A program made the translations under genes and the position numbers. From NCBI GenBank assembly GCA_045106555.1, contig JBGCET010000014.1, positions 114,164 through 178,163 of the forward strand: DNA of 64,000 nucleotides. The letters are read 5' to 3'. Shown here in pieces: positions 52,408 through 63,387 of this stretch. Origin of the DNA: Lysobacterales bacterium (GTDB lineage Bacteria > Pseudomonadota > Gammaproteobacteria > Xanthomonadales > SZUA-38). Within the stretch, counting starts at the first letter, position 1. Every line of letters starts with the position of its first letter. The notes below the pieces were generated by a model. The model made no database searches. It was not told the DNA's origin and saw only the letters and a program-made list of their open reading frames with translations.

Positions 52408-53166
52408 ATGCGTCGCAGATTTGTTGCCGGTAACTGGAAAATGCATGGGACTCATGCGCTCAACACCAAACTGGTCAACGCCATTGGCGTCGGCCTCAAA
52501 GCCTCCTCAGCGTGCGATGTTGCCGTATTCGTACCCGCCCCTTACTTAAAGTCTGTTAGCGAAGCGGCTGTGGGAACCGGAATCATGGTGGGCGCGCAGG
52601 ACTTGAGCATTCACTCCCATGGCGCATTCACCGGCGACATCAGCGCCGAGATGATTGCCGATTGTGGCGCCAGCATGACGCTGGTGGGGCACTCAGAGCG
52701 GCGCACCGGCTACTCTGAATCCAATGAGCTGGTGGCGCAAAAGGCCGCCGTGGCACTGGCGGCCGAGCTGACCCCGGTCGTTTGCTTTGGCGAAACGAAA
52801 GATCAACGTGAGGGCGGATCCACCGAGTCGGTAGTAAGGACCCAGATTGAGGCCGTGATTGCCCAGGTAGGGGTGGAAAATCTGGCGCGCTGTATCCTGG
52901 CCTATGAGCCTGTCTGGGCAATCGGCACGGGACTGACTGCAAGCCCTCAGCAGGCGCAGGATGTTCATCACTTCATACGGTCCAAAATTAGTGATTTGGA
53001 TGCTACAATTGGCGGTCAACTTCGGATACTTTACGGCGGCAGCGTGAAAGGCAGTAATGCCGAGGAGCTGTTCGCCATGGCAGACATCGACGGGGGCCTG
53101 ATTGGGGGCGCGTCATTGTCAGCAGAGAATTTTCTGCCAATTTGTCTTGCGCCAGGCGCAGCCTGA
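52408..53166 (+). CDS. tpiA: triosephosphate isomerase
   Basis: Starts MRRRFVAGNWKMHG. Contains GHSERR, AYEPVWAIGTG and YGGSV motifs. Start trimmed from 52363. Confidence 0.95.
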   Translation: MRRRFVAGNWKMHGTHALNTKLVNAIGVGLKASSACDVAVFVPAPYLKSVSEAAVGTGIMVGAQDLSIHSHGAFTGDISAEMIADCGASMTLVGHSERRTGYSESNELVAQKAAVALAAELTPVVCFGETKDQREGGSTESVVRTQIEAVIAQVGVENLARCILAYEPVWAIGTGLTASPQQAQDVHHFIRSKISDLDATIGGQLRILYGGSVKGSNAEELFAMADIDGGLIGGASLSAENFLPICLAPGAA

Positions 53167-53219
53167 GCTAGCAGGCCGGACTTCACAGGCCGGCCAAACA
53201 CGGAACACCGGAAACAAAA

Positions 53220-53687
53220 ATGGACGCTATATTCAGCATTATTCAGGTTCTCATTGCGATCGCGATGATTGCGATCATTCTGATCCAGAGAGGCCCTGGT
53301 GCCGCGGCAGGCTCAGGTTTTGGCGCAGGCGCTTCTGGGACCGTGTTTGGGGCGCGTGGCTCAGGATCATTCCTCACCCGGGCCACGGCGGTCCTTGCGA
53401 TTGGTTTTTTCGCAGTCAGCATGACCATGGCCGTGTTGGCCAGTCGGGCCGCCAGCAATATTTCCGGCCCTGACCTGGGCGTAATGGGTACCGCCGTTGA
53501 GGACAACGCTCCGCCTGAAGTCCCGGCGCTGGACGTGCCGCAGCTTGACGTGCCCACGCTGGATGTGGGGGCTTCAGAGCAGGCCCCGGCCAACGATATG
53601 ATTGACGTTCCAGATGTTGAAGAAACGGCTGCTGATACCGAAGGCAGCGAGGAAAACGGCGAGCGCGGGGACACGCCGCAGCCCTAA
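53220..53687 (+). CDS. secG: preprotein translocase subunit SecG with an extended acidic C-terminal tail
   Basis: N-terminal SecG core (IAIILIQRGPGAAAGSGFGAGASGTVFGARGSGSFLTR, plus a second TM helix). Conserved position before tRNA-Leu. At 155 aa it is longer than I expect for SecG (about 110 aa from memory). Confidence 0.88.
   Translation: MDAIFSIIQVLIAIAMIAIILIQRGPGAAAGSGFGAGASGTVFGARGSGSFLTRATAVLAIGFFAVSMTMAVLASRAASNISGPDLGVMGTAVEDNAPPEVPALDVPQLDVPTLDVGASEQAPANDMIDVPDVEETAADTEGSEENGERGDTPQP
53529..53567 (+). repeat. about 2.6 copies of a 15-nt in-frame tandem repeat (LDVPx units) in the secG tail
   Basis: ctggacgtgccgcag / cttgacgtgcccacg / ctggatgtg, encoding LDVPQ LDVPT LDV. Confidence 0.7.
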
Positions 53688-53701
53688 TCCGGAAAAACAT
53701 T

Positions 53702-53786
53702 GCCGAAGTGGTGGAATTGGTAGACACGCTGTCTTGAGGGGGCAGTGGCGAAAGCCGTGCCGGTTCGAGTCCGGCCTTCGGCACCA
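53702..53786 (+). tRNA. leuU: tRNA-Leu (anticodon GAG), CCA encoded
   Basis: Folded by hand. The 7-bp acceptor stem is GCCGAAG/CTTCGGC. There is a 3-bp D stem, an anticodon stem CTGTC/GGCAG with loop TTGAGGG (GAG), a long variable arm and a T arm GCCGG-TTCGAGT-CCGGC. The 3' end is ACCA. A secG-tRNA-Leu(GAG) linkage is known in E. coli. Confidence 0.93.
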
Positions 53787-53798
53787 TTTAACGAAAAC

Positions 53799-53817
53799 AG
53801 GCTCCTGATCGGAGCCT
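53799..53817 (+). terminator. hairpin downstream of tRNA-Leu (possible terminator or processing stem)
   Basis: AGGCTCC-TGATC-GGAGCCT forms a 7-bp stem. No U-tract follows it. Confidence 0.35.
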
Positions 53818-53858
53818 TAAAGCAAAACTAAGGTTTGGCCGATACGGTAAACGCGCTC

Positions 53859-54215
53859 ATGCTAGCTCAATATCTACCCATACTGCTGTTTCTGGTCGTT
53901 GCCTTAGGGTTTGGCGCCGTATTGGTGTTGGCTGGCGGTATTATCGGCCCCAACAAGCCCTCGGCGGAAAAACTGGCGCCTTACGAATGCGGATTTGAGG
54001 CATTTGAAGATGCCCGAATGAAATTTGACGTCCGCTACTACCTCGTTGCAATCCTGTTCATCATCTTTGACCTGGAAATTGCCTTCCTTTTTCCTTGGGC
54101 GGTGGTGCTGGATAAAATTGGGATGTTCGGACTGATTTCCATGTCGCTGTTCCTGTTGATTTTGGTTATCGGGTTCATCTACGAATGGAAAAAAGGTGCG
54201 TTGGACTGGGAATGA
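53859..54215 (+). CDS. nuoA: NADH-quinone oxidoreductase subunit A
   Basis: [22 protein letters not shown] motif. Start chosen at the ATG at 53859 ([11 protein letters not shown]), giving 118 aa. The ORF-track TTG at 53835 is also possible. Confidence 0.92.
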   Translation: MLAQYLPILLFLVVALGFGAVLVLAGGIIGPNKPSAEKLAPYECGFEAFEDARMKFDVRYYLVAILFIIFDLEIAFLFPWAVVLDKIGMFGLISMSLFLLILVIGFIYEWKKGALDWE

Positions 54216-54273
54216 CAGCCGACATGATGAAAAACCTGATGACTATTGGGCAGCCAACAAAGGCCACAGACCG

Positions 54274-54834
54274 ATGAAAATGTTGATGTCTTCGCGCAAC
54301 GCGACCGCGCCGGATAACGAGTACGGACTGGGCATAGTGGACGATATCTTGCGCCCGGAAACGGACAACCCGGTGCTGGATCGCGGTTTCGCCACCACTT
54401 CAGTGGATGCGCTGATGAATTGGGCCCGGACGGGATCCATGTGGCCTGTCACCTTTGGCTTGGCCTGCTGCGCGGTAGAAATGATGCACGCTGGCGCGGC
54501 GCGTTACGACCTCGACCGCTTTGGGGTGATTTTCCGACCCAGCCCCCGGCAATCTGACGTCATGATTGTTGCCGGAACGCTGGTCAACAAGATGGCGCCA
54601 GCACTACGCAAGGTGTACGACCAGATGGCTGACCCAAAGTGGGTCATCTCCATGGGGTCCTGTGCCAACGGTGGCGGCTACTACCACTATTCTTACTCAG
54701 TGGTTCGTGGCTGCGATCGCGTAGTGCCGGTAGACATCTACGTGCCCGGCTGCCCGCCCACCGCTGAAGCATTGATGTACGGCATTTTGCAGCTACAGTC
54801 GAAAGTGCGAAAAACCAGCACTATTGCTCGCTGA
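54274..54834 (+). CDS. nuoB: NADH-quinone oxidoreductase subunit B
   Basis: [20 protein letters not shown] and PGCPP, the ligands of cluster N2. Start trimmed to the ATG at 54274 (186 aa). Confidence 0.93.
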   Translation: MKMLMSSRNATAPDNEYGLGIVDDILRPETDNPVLDRGFATTSVDALMNWARTGSMWPVTFGLACCAVEMMHAGAARYDLDRFGVIFRPSPRQSDVMIVAGTLVNKMAPALRKVYDQMADPKWVISMGSCANGGGYYHYSYSVVRGCDRVVPVDIYVPGCPPTAEALMYGILQLQSKVRKTSTIAR

Positions 54835-54858
54835 CTCATTCACAGGCATCTGGCAAAA

Positions 54859-55572
54859 ATGGTCGAAAAACCGCTTTCACTGAATGATCGCTTGAGCAAC
54901 GCTCTGGGTGATCATTTGGAGGAAATTATTGAGGGTGGGTCCCAGCTGACGGTGGTCGTCACCGCCCAGCACTGGCTGGAATGCTGCCGACGGGTTCGTG
55001 ATGAATTAGATTTTGAGCAGCTGACGGATCTCTGTGGTGTGGACTACCTCACCTACGGCGAAGACGAGTGGGACACGGAAAATGCCACCTCTGAGACCTT
55101 TTCCAGGGGCGTAGAAGGGAATGATGGCCCGGGGCGATTCGATTGGGCCGGTAGACCCCAGGGCAAGAGCGGTGAGCGTTATGCCGTCGTGATTCACCTG
55201 CTCTCGGTGAAAAACAACGAGCGTGTTCGGCTGCGCTGTAAGGTACCCGATGACGAAGTACCTGCAGTACCCTCCCTGGTTGACGTATGGGCAGCGGCAA
55301 ACTGGTTTGAGCGGGAAACGTTTGACATGTTTGGGGTGATCTTTGACGGCCACCCGGACCTGCGCCGCCTGCTGACCGACTACGGCTTCATTGGCCATCC
55401 GTTCCGCAAAGATTTTCCTCTGGTGGGCAATGTGGAAGTGCGTTACGACCCGGAAAAGCGTCGGGTGATCTATCAGCCGGTAACCATCGAGCCCCGAGTC
55501 CTGGTGCCCAAGGTCATCCGCTCCGACTCTCGCTATGCCCACCAAAATGGCAAGGGTGGCTCTCGTGGCTGA
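54859..55572 (+). CDS. nuoC: NADH-quinone oxidoreductase subunit C
   Basis: 237 aa. [31 protein letters not shown] motif. Not fused to nuoD. Confidence 0.93.
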   Translation: MVEKPLSLNDRLSNALGDHLEEIIEGGSQLTVVVTAQHWLECCRRVRDELDFEQLTDLCGVDYLTYGEDEWDTENATSETFSRGVEGNDGPGRFDWAGRPQGKSGERYAVVIHLLSVKNNERVRLRCKVPDDEVPAVPSLVDVWAAANWFERETFDMFGVIFDGHPDLRRLLTDYGFIGHPFRKDFPLVGNVEVRYDPEKRRVIYQPVTIEPRVLVPKVIRSDSRYAHQNGKGGSRG

Positions 55573-56818
55573 AATTCGCAACTACACCATGAACTTCGGT
55601 CCCCAGCACCCGTCCGCTCACGGTGTGCTTCGGCTGATTTTGGAAATGGACGGCGAGGTGGTGCAGCGTGCTGACCCCCATGTGGGTCTGTTACATCGAG
55701 GCACTGAAAAACTGGCTGAGAGTAAACCGTATAACCAGTCCATCGGTTATATGGATCGACTCGATTACGTGTCAATGATGTGTAATGAGCACGCTTATGT
55801 GCGAGCGATTGAAGACCTTCTGGGTGTAGAAGCACCTGTGCGTGCCCAGTACATCCGTACGCTGTTTGACGAAGTGACGCGAATCCTCAATCACCTGATG
55901 TGGATTGGTACTCACGGACTGGATCTGGGCGCCATGGCCCTGTTTCTGTACGCGTTCAGGGAACGTGAACAGTTGATGGATTGCTACGAAGCCGTGTCGG
56001 GCGCCCGCATGCACGCGACGTACTACCGGCCCGGTGGCGTCTATCGAGATTTGCCGGATCAAATGCCCGTATACCGGGAAACCCAGTGGACCAAAGGCGA
56101 TGACCTGAAGCGGGTCAACGCCTGGCGTGAAGGCAGCATGCTGGATTTTCTTGATGCCTTTGCTGAAGACTTTGATTCCAAGGTTGACGAGTACGAAACC
56201 CTGCTGACCGACAATCGAATCTGGAAACAACGCACCGTGCATATCGCTGAAGTTAGCCCGGAGCGAGCGCTGCAGCTAGGGTTTACCGGACCCATGCTGC
56301 GCGGCTCTGGAATTGCCTGGGATCTGCGTAAAAAGCAGCCTTACGCGGCCTATGCTGATGTGGATTTTGATATTCCGATCGGCACTAATGGCGACTGCTA
56401 CGACCGCTACTTGGTGCGAGTCGAGGAAATGCGCCAATCCAATCGCATCATTAAGCAATGCGTACAGTGGTTGCGGGACAATGATGGTCCGGTGATGCTG
56501 GACAATCAGAAAGTCATCGCACCCACCCGGGAAGAGATGAAAGACGACATGGAGTCGCTCATTCATCACTTTAAGCTGTTTACAGAAGGGTACTGCGTAC
56601 CGGAAGGGGAATCCTACGCCGCCGTTGAGGCGCCCAAGGGCGAGTTCGGTGCCTACATCGTCTCCGATGGCTCTAACAAGCCGTTTCGATTGCACTTAAG
56701 AGCGCCAGGATTTCCTCACCTTGCCGCTATGGATGAGATGGTTCGGGGCCACATGCTGTCCGATGTGGTGGCGGTGATTGGCACCCAGGACATCGTGTTC
56801 GGAGAAATTGATCGATGA
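55565..56818 (+). CDS. nuoD: NADH-quinone oxidoreductase subunit D
   Basis: Starts with [21 protein letters not shown]. Start proposed at the GTG at 55565, overlapping the nuoC stop and giving 417 aa. The ATG at 55547 is an alternative. Confidence 0.93.
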   Translation: MAEIRNYTMNFGPQHPSAHGVLRLILEMDGEVVQRADPHVGLLHRGTEKLAESKPYNQSIGYMDRLDYVSMMCNEHAYVRAIEDLLGVEAPVRAQYIRTLFDEVTRILNHLMWIGTHGLDLGAMALFLYAFREREQLMDCYEAVSGARMHATYYRPGGVYRDLPDQMPVYRETQWTKGDDLKRVNAWREGSMLDFLDAFAEDFDSKVDEYETLLTDNRIWKQRTVHIAEVSPERALQLGFTGPMLRGSGIAWDLRKKQPYAAYADVDFDIPIGTNGDCYDRYLVRVEEMRQSNRIIKQCVQWLRDNDGPVMLDNQKVIAPTREEMKDDMESLIHHFKLFTEGYCVPEGESYAAVEAPKGEFGAYIVSDGSNKPFRLHLRAPGFPHLAAMDEMVRGHMLSDVVAVIGTQDIVFGEIDR

Positions 56819-57297
56819 GCGCCCTCACTCCCGAAACCTTGAAGAAAATCGATCACTGGATCGGAAAATTCCCACCGGAACAAAAACGTTCCGCGGTGAT
56901 TCAGTCGTTGACGGCTGCACAGGACCAAAATGGCGGCTGGTTGAGCAAAGAGCTCATCACTGACGTCGCGACCTATCTGGATATTCCTGCTGCCTGGGCC
57001 TACGAGGTGGCATCGTTTTACTCGTTGTTTCATCTTGAGCCCTGCGGCCGAAACAAAGTGGCCCTGTGCACCAACATTTCCTGCTGGCTGCGCGGTGCTA
57101 ACGATCTTGCCCAGCACCTGGAGCAAAAGCTGGGTGTTGAGATGGGTGAAACCACCGAGGACGGCCGCATCACTTTAGTGCAGGAAGAAGAGTGCCTGGC
57201 GGGCTGCGTTGGCGCGCCCATGATGATCGTCAACGGGCACTATCACGAAAATCTTGATCCATCCAAAGTGGATGAAATTCTGGACGGCCTAACCTGA
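56815..57297 (+). CDS. nuoE: NADH-quinone oxidoreductase subunit E
   Basis: 160 aa. 2Fe-2S ligands CTNISC and CLAGC. ATGA overlap with nuoD. Confidence 0.92.
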   Translation: MSALTPETLKKIDHWIGKFPPEQKRSAVIQSLTAAQDQNGGWLSKELITDVATYLDIPAAWAYEVASFYSLFHLEPCGRNKVALCTNISCWLRGANDLAQHLEQKLGVEMGETTEDGRITLVQEEECLAGCVGAPMMIVNGHYHENLDPSKVDEILDGLT

Positions 57298-57324
57298 TGG
57301 CGGGCTTCCGGTATGGAGTGTTGA

Positions 57325-58626
57325 ATGGCTGATTCCCAACAGGTGTCACTAACCACTGTCGGGCTGGACAAACCCTGGTCGATGGAAAGCTATCGCTCGG
57401 TTGGCGGCTATCAGGCCCTTGAGAAAATTCTCAAAGACTCAACGCCTCAGGAAGAGATCATCGATACCCTGAAAGCCTCGGCTTTGCGTGGTCGGGGCGG
57501 CGCGGGCTTTCCCACCGGTCTTAAGTGGAGCTTTATGCCACGCAATGCGCCGGGTCAGAAATACGTGCTGTGTAACTCGGATGAATCGGAGCCTGGCACC
57601 TGTCACGACCGGGACATCCTGCGGTTTAACCCGCACGCGGTCATTGAGGGCATGATCATCGGCGGTTATGCCATGGGCTGCACCGTGGGCTATAACTACC
57701 TTCGCGGCGAATTCCACCACGAGCCGTTTGAGCGGTTTGAAGCGGCCCTGGCTGAGGCTTACGAAGCGGGCTATCTGGGGAAAAATCTGAAGGGCAGCGG
57801 GGTGGATTTTGATCTGTACGCAGCGCTCGGTGCCGGCGCATACATTTGCGGCGAAGAAACCGCCCTGATGGAGTCGCTGGAAGGCAAGAAAGGCCAGCCG
57901 CGATTCAAGCCGCCGTTTCCGGCCAACTTTGGCCTGTACGGCAAACCCAGCACGATTAACAATACAGAAACCTTCGCCTCGGTGCCGGCCATTATGCGCA
58001 ACGGTGCTGAATGGTTTCTGGAAATTGGCATACCGAATAACGGTGGCCCAAAATGTTTCTCCGTGTCGGGTCATGTGAATAAGCCCGGCAACTATGAAAT
58101 CCCTCTGGGTACGCCGTTTAAGGACATGCTCGCCACCGCTGGCGGCATGCTCAACGGCAGCACCCTCAAAGCCGTGATTCCTGGCGGATCTTCTATGCCC
58201 GTTCTACCGGCAGAAACCATGATGGACATCACCATGGATTTTGATGCCCTGCAAAAAGCAGGTTCTGGCCTGGGGTCAGGGGCGGTCATCGTGATGAACG
58301 ATGCCACCTGCATGGTTCAGGCCTGTCAGCGTATTTCCCGCTTTTACTTCAAAGAATCCTGTGGCCAATGCACGCCCTGCAGGGAGGGGACCGGCTGGAT
58401 GTACCGTGTGCTGAGCCGAATTGTGGACGGCAAGGGTCGCAGCGAAGATATTGAGCTGCTGAAATCGGCGGCAGGACAGATAGAGGGCCATACGATTTGC
58501 GCCTTCGGCGAAGCCGCAGCCTGGCCCGTGCAAGGCTTTTTGCGCCACTACTGGCATGAATTTGAATATTACGTTGAGCATGGTCGCTCAATTGTGGACG
58601 GCGGTCCCGCGGGAGTGGCAGCATGA
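57325..58626 (+). CDS. nuoF: NADH-quinone oxidoreductase subunit F
   Basis: 433 aa. [10 protein letters not shown] (FMN), the NADH site and [12 protein letters not shown] (cluster N3). Confidence 0.95.
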   Translation: MADSQQVSLTTVGLDKPWSMESYRSVGGYQALEKILKDSTPQEEIIDTLKASALRGRGGAGFPTGLKWSFMPRNAPGQKYVLCNSDESEPGTCHDRDILRFNPHAVIEGMIIGGYAMGCTVGYNYLRGEFHHEPFERFEAALAEAYEAGYLGKNLKGSGVDFDLYAALGAGAYICGEETALMESLEGKKGQPRFKPPFPANFGLYGKPSTINNTETFASVPAIMRNGAEWFLEIGIPNNGGPKCFSVSGHVNKPGNYEIPLGTPFKDMLATAGGMLNGSTLKAVIPGGSSMPVLPAETMMDITMDFDALQKAGSGLGSGAVIVMNDATCMVQACQRISRFYFKESCGQCTPCREGTGWMYRVLSRIVDGKGRSEDIELLKSAAGQIEGHTICAFGEAAAWPVQGFLRHYWHEFEYYVEHGRSIVDGGPAGVAA

Positions 58627-60995
58627 GTGACACCCCGGTGGCCACCGATACCGTCACCATCGAGATTGATGGGGTGGAAATGCAAGCGCCCAAAGGCTCA
58701 ATGATTATTGAGTCGGCGGACAAGGCCGGCATGACCATTCCGCGTTTTTGCTACCACGAGAAACTGTCTATCGCGGCCAACTGTCGCATGTGTCTCGTGG
58801 ATGTGGAGAAAGCGCCCAAACCGCTTCCCGCATGCGCCACACCGGTGATGGACGGCATGAAGGTGTACACCCAGTCGCGTCGCGCCCAGAAGGCGCAGCA
58901 AAACGTGATGGAATTTCTGCTGATTAACCATCCGCTGGATTGCCCCATCTGCGACCAGGGTGGCGAATGTGAGCTGCAGGACGTGTCCATGGGTTATGGC
59001 CATTCGGCGTCGCGCTTTACCGAGCGCAAGCGGGTGGTGAAAGACGAAGACCTGGGCTCATTGATCAGCACCGACATGACCCGCTGCATTCACTGTACCC
59101 GCTGCGTACGGTTTCTCGACGAAATTTCTGGCACCAACGAATTAGGTGGCATCGGCAGGGGCGAGCGGACGTTCATCAGCACGTTTATTGAACGGTCTGT
59201 CGACTCGGAGCTGTCAGGCAACATTATAGATTTGTGTCCGGTTGGCGCCCTGACCAACAAGCCATTCCGCTTCAGCGCGCGTTCCTGGGAACTGCGGGCA
59301 CGTCCGGCTATTGCCAATCATGACTGCATCGGCTCTAACCTGCATTACCACGTGCGCCGCGGAAAAATCCTGCGCTCGGTGCCGCGAGACAACGACGCGG
59401 TCAACGAAAGTTGGCTGGCGGATCGGGATCGTTGGGGCTTTCATGGTCTGCAGGGCGATGATCGAGCCACCACGCCGATGCTGCGTCGCGATGGTGAGTG
59501 GCAAGAAGTGTCCTGGGACGAGGCTATCGAACATAGCGCATCGATGTTGAAATCATCCGCTGAGACCGGCTACCTGCTGTCTCCCAACGCCAGTAACGAA
59601 GAGCTCTATTTGGCGCAGAAACTGGCCAGAGCGCTGGGCAGTAAGAATATCGATCACCGACTTCGCGAGCGTGACCTGTCCGATCAGCAAGGGCTGCCAA
59701 TGGCGCCTTCGCTAGGGCAGTCGTTAGCGCAGCTTGCGGAAAATTCGGCAATATTGCTGGTAGCTGCCAACGTCCGTCATGAACAGCCGCTCATTGGCCA
59801 CCGGGTGCGCCAGGCCTGGCGCAGTGGGGCGAAGATATTTTCCCTCGCCTCGCGTCAGTACAACAACCATTTTGACTGTGCGGTTGATCAAGTCGTATCG
59901 CCAGCTCAAATAGTCAGCGAGTTGGCGGCGGTCGCCGTGGCGTTGGACGCCGTTGAAACCGCGGCTACCGCCGAGATGTTACGTAGCGCGACGGCTACCG
60001 AACATGCACAGGCAATTGCTGAGGGACTGAAATCTGCAGAGTCGGCCACGGTCATGCTGGGCCATGCAGCCTTGACCAGCCCTCATGGCGCGACCCTGAG
60101 AGCCCTGTGTCAGATTATCTGCAGCGCCAGTGGTGCAACCTACGCTGAGCCGCCACTAGGTGCCAACGGCGTTGGCGCCTGGAAACTGGGCGCGTTGCCT
60201 CATCGAGAGGCCGGCGGTTCCGACAGTGCTGCACCAGGGTTGAACGCCAGGCAGATGATTAACGGCCAGCTTGATGCCATGCTGGTTTATGACTTTGAGC
60301 CCATGCTCGACTTGGCCGAGGGCGCTGATGCTACCGAGGCGTTAACCGATACCGCCCAAGTCATTCACGTGGGCCCGTTTATTACGCCAGAAATTCTGCA
60401 GTACGCCGACGTCATCCTGCCGCTGGCACCCATGCCAGAAACTGAAGGTAGTTTGACGAATGTCGAAGGGCTGATTCAGGGCAGTGCCGCGGCAGCGAAA
60501 CCCGCCGGTGAAGCGCGCCCGGGTTGGAAAATCATCAAGGCCCTAGCCGACGCTGCGAACCTGACGGATTTCGATTTCACCGATTTTGTCGGCGTCCACG
60601 AACAGGTGTTGGAAGTGCTGGCGTCGGTGCAGGAGCGTGGATACGAGCAGCCCGCCAGTTTGTCCGCTCCGGCGGCTACTGAGGCATTGGCGACGCTGGT
60701 TGAAACCCCTATTTATGCCGGTAACGCGGTGGTCAGACGCAGCCTAGCGCTGCAAAAAACCGCCCACGGCGAAGATGGCCAGCTAACCGCCCATCCTGAC
60801 GTATTGTCCGAACTCGGTTTGCTTGAAGGCGAGGTTGAGGCATTTGTCGGCGACGGCGACGCCATCACGGTTGAGCTGACGGCGGACGCCACACTGGCGC
60901 CAGCAACGGTCAGAATTAGTGCGGGAACGGCTGCGGCCAGCGGCTTGGTTGGCGCCGATCAAATCACATTGCGGGCGGTTAGCAGCGATGAGTGA
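58623..60995 (+). CDS. nuoG: NADH-quinone oxidoreductase subunit G
   Basis: 790 aa. N-terminal 2Fe-2S and 4Fe-4S motifs ([39 protein letters not shown]) and a molybdopterin-like domain. Confidence 0.94.
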   Translation: MSDTPVATDTVTIEIDGVEMQAPKGSMIIESADKAGMTIPRFCYHEKLSIAANCRMCLVDVEKAPKPLPACATPVMDGMKVYTQSRRAQKAQQNVMEFLLINHPLDCPICDQGGECELQDVSMGYGHSASRFTERKRVVKDEDLGSLISTDMTRCIHCTRCVRFLDEISGTNELGGIGRGERTFISTFIERSVDSELSGNIIDLCPVGALTNKPFRFSARSWELRARPAIANHDCIGSNLHYHVRRGKILRSVPRDNDAVNESWLADRDRWGFHGLQGDDRATTPMLRRDGEWQEVSWDEAIEHSASMLKSSAETGYLLSPNASNEELYLAQKLARALGSKNIDHRLRERDLSDQQGLPMAPSLGQSLAQLAENSAILLVAANVRHEQPLIGHRVRQAWRSGAKIFSLASRQYNNHFDCAVDQVVSPAQIVSELAAVAVALDAVETAATAEMLRSATATEHAQAIAEGLKSAESATVMLGHAALTSPHGATLRALCQIICSASGATYAEPPLGANGVGAWKLGALPHREAGGSDSAAPGLNARQMINGQLDAMLVYDFEPMLDLAEGADATEALTDTAQVIHVGPFITPEILQYADVILPLAPMPETEGSLTNVEGLIQGSAAAAKPAGEARPGWKIIKALADAANLTDFDFTDFVGVHEQVLEVLASVQERGYEQPASLSAPAATEALATLVETPIYAGNAVVRRSLALQKTAHGEDGQLTAHPDVLSELGLLEGEVEAFVGDGDAITVELTADATLAPATVRISAGTAAASGLVGADQITLRAVSSDE

Positions 60996-61989
60996 ACCGC
61001 TAATCTATGTCGCCTGGACGCTGGCCAAGATTCTGGCGATCGTTATTCCGGTCACCATAGGCGTGGCCATGTTTGTCTACGCCGAGCGCAAGGTCATCGG
61101 TTTCATGCATTCACGCATGGGGCCCAACCGGGTCGGGCCGTTTGGCTTGCTTCAGACCTTCGCCGACGTGTTCAAGCTCATCATGAAGGAAGTGATTTTG
61201 CCCACCTCGGCCAATCGCTTCTTGTTTTTGTTAGCGCCGCTGATTGCATTGGCTCCTGCGTTGGCGGCCTGGGCGGTGATTCCGTTTAGCGCCAAGCTGG
61301 TGCTGGCTGACGTCAATGCCGGTCTGCTGTACGTATTGGCTATGACCTCATTGGGCGTCTACGGGATCATCATTGCGGGTTGGGCGTCAAACTCTAAGTA
61401 TGCGTTTCTTGGCGCCATGCGCTCTGCGGCACAAATTGTTTCTTACGAGATCGCTATGGGCTTCGCCCTGGTGGGTGTCCTCATTGCCGCCGGCAGCCTG
61501 AACATGGTGGAGATTGTTGAAGCGCAGTCGGGTGGCTTCTGGAATTGGTTCTTCCTGCCTCTATTTCCGCTGTTTGTGGTGTATTTCATTTCGGGTGTGG
61601 CTGAAACCAACCGAGCACCCTTTGACGTTGCTGAAGGGGAGTCGGAAATTGTCGCTGGCTTCCACGTGGAATACTCCGGCGCCCCGTTTGCGGTGTTCTT
61701 CCTAGCCGAATACGCCAACATGATTTTGATTGCAGCGCTTGCAACCACCCTGTTTGCTGGCGGCTGGTTGTCGCCGTTCCCGGCGGTGATTCCGGATTCA
61801 GCGCTGTGGTTTTTCTTAAAGACGTTCTTTTTCTGCTTTCTGTATCTTTGGTTTCGCTCAACGTTCCCGCGTTATCGCTATGACCAGATCATGCGGCTGG
61901 GTTGGAAAGTGTTTATTCCCATCACCATCGTGTGGATATTGGTTGTTGCGCTGATGGTGGTGCAAAAGTGGCTTTGGTGGGCTCCATGA
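60988..61989 (+). CDS. nuoH: NADH-quinone oxidoreductase subunit H
   Basis: Start trimmed to the ATG at 60988 (ATGAGTGA overlap with nuoG). Contains the [24 protein letters not shown] and [10 protein letters not shown] motifs. Confidence 0.94.
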   Translation: MSEPLIYVAWTLAKILAIVIPVTIGVAMFVYAERKVIGFMHSRMGPNRVGPFGLLQTFADVFKLIMKEVILPTSANRFLFLLAPLIALAPALAAWAVIPFSAKLVLADVNAGLLYVLAMTSLGVYGIIIAGWASNSKYAFLGAMRSAAQIVSYEIAMGFALVGVLIAAGSLNMVEIVEAQSGGFWNWFFLPLFPLFVVYFISGVAETNRAPFDVAEGESEIVAGFHVEYSGAPFAVFFLAEYANMILIAALATTLFAGGWLSPFPAVIPDSALWFFLKTFFFCFLYLWFRSTFPRYRYDQIMRLGWKVFIPITIVWILVVALMVVQKWLWWAP

Positions 61990-62474
61990 CGGCAGTAGTC
62001 AATTATTTTAAGTCTCTGGTGCTACTGGAGCTGTTGAAGGGGCTGGGGCTGACATTGAAATACATGTTCGCGCCAAAATTCACGGTGCGATACCCGGAAG
62101 AAAAAACCCCAAAATCTAACCGCTTTCGCGGCCTGCATGCATTGCGACGGTACCCGAACGGGGAAGAGCGTTGTATCGCCTGTAAGCTCTGTGAGGCGGT
62201 TTGCCCGGCGTTGGCGATCACTATTGATTCTGAGCCCAGAGACGATGGGTCCCGGCGAACCACCCGTTACGACATCGACCTGTTTAAGTGCATCTACTGC
62301 GGGTTTTGCGAAGAGTCCTGTCCGGTGGACTCCATCGTTGAGACCCATATTCACGAGTTTCATTTTGAAAACCGCGGCGAAAACGTGGTGAACAAGATTC
62401 AGCTGCTGGCCATTGGTGATCGTTTCGAGGCTGACCTGGCCGCGGCCCGGCGGCAGGACGCGGCGTACCGATAA
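61986..62474 (+). CDS. nuoI: NADH-quinone oxidoreductase subunit I
   Basis: Start trimmed to the ATG at 61986 (ATGA overlap with nuoH). Two 4Fe-4S motifs, [12 protein letters not shown] and [12 protein letters not shown]. Confidence 0.94.
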   Translation: MTAVVNYFKSLVLLELLKGLGLTLKYMFAPKFTVRYPEEKTPKSNRFRGLHALRRYPNGEERCIACKLCEAVCPALAITIDSEPRDDGSRRTTRYDIDLFKCIYCGFCEESCPVDSIVETHIHEFHFENRGENVVNKIQLLAIGDRFEADLAAARRQDAAYR

Positions 62475-63085
62475 TGCTTGAGCAAATCGTCTTTTTTGTC
62501 CTCGCAGGGGCCCTGGTGGCCTCCGCTCTGGCTGTGATCAGCGCGCGCAACCCCGTGTACGCCGCGCTATTTCTCATTCTTTGCTTTTTTACCAGCGCGG
62601 CCATTTGGTTGCTGCTGGAAGTGGAGTTTTTGGCCATCGTTCTGATATTGGTTTATGTCGGCGCAGTGATGGTGCTGTTCCTGTTTGTGGTGATGATGCT
62701 GGACGTGAACGTGGCGCCGCTGAAAGAGGGCTTTGCGCGGTACCTGCCGGTGGGGTTGATTGTGGCGCTTGCCATGCTGGCAGAAATGCTGATGGTGATC
62801 AGCGCTCAGCGTTTTGGTTTAGACCGCTTTCCAGCGCCGCCGCCTAACCCTGAGGGGTACAGCAACACCAAGGAGCTGGGTGAAGTGCTGTACACCCAGT
62901 ACGTGTACCCGTTTGAAATAGCCGCAGTCATCTTGTTAGTGGCCATTGTTGCAGCCATTGCTCTGACCCTGCGACGCCGGCCCAAAACCCGCTATCAGAC
63001 GCCGTCTAAGCAGGTGATGGTAAGGAAGGAAGATCGACTCAAAGTGGTGTCGATGCCGGCGGAAAAACCGGGAGTTGATTCATGA
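62474..63085 (+). CDS. nuoJ: NADH-quinone oxidoreductase subunit J
   Basis: 203 aa. Polytopic membrane protein with [20 protein letters not shown]. Confidence 0.9.
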   Translation: MLEQIVFFVLAGALVASALAVISARNPVYAALFLILCFFTSAAIWLLLEVEFLAIVLILVYVGAVMVLFLFVVMMLDVNVAPLKEGFARYLPVGLIVALAMLAEMLMVISAQRFGLDRFPAPPPNPEGYSNTKELGEVLYTQYVYPFEIAAVILLVAIVAAIALTLRRRPKTRYQTPSKQVMVRKEDRLKVVSMPAEKPGVDS

Positions 63086-63387
63086 TTGGCCTGAACCACT
63101 TTTTGATTCTGGGCGCCATCTTGTTCTGTATTTCGGTGGCCGGTGTTTTTCTCAATCGAAAAAACGTCCTGATCTTGCTGATGGCCATCGAGCTGATGCT
63201 GCTGTCGGTGAACATGAACTTCGTCGCGTTTTCCCGTTTTCTAGGCAATACCGACGGCCAGGTGTTTGTGTTCTTCATCCTGACGGTGGCTGCGGCGGAA
63301 GCGGCAATTGGCTTGGCGATCTTGGTTGTGCTGTTCCGTAATCGGGAAACTATCAACGTGGAAGAACTGGATTCGCTGAAGGGCTGA
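63082..63387 (+). CDS. nuoK: NADH-quinone oxidoreductase subunit K
   Basis: 101 aa. [12 protein letters not shown]...[17 protein letters not shown] motif. Confidence 0.93.
   Translation: MIGLNHFLILGAILFCISVAGVFLNRKNVLILLMAIELMLLSVNMNFVAFSRFLGNTDGQVFVFFILTVAAAEAAIGLAILVVLFRNRETINVEELDSLKG

Noticed and set aside
53702-53834. tRNA-Leu as an integration hotspot for a genomic island.
   Set aside because: No integrase, no direct repeat of the tRNA 3' end and no foreign-looking genes follow. The nuo operon starts 70 nt downstream.
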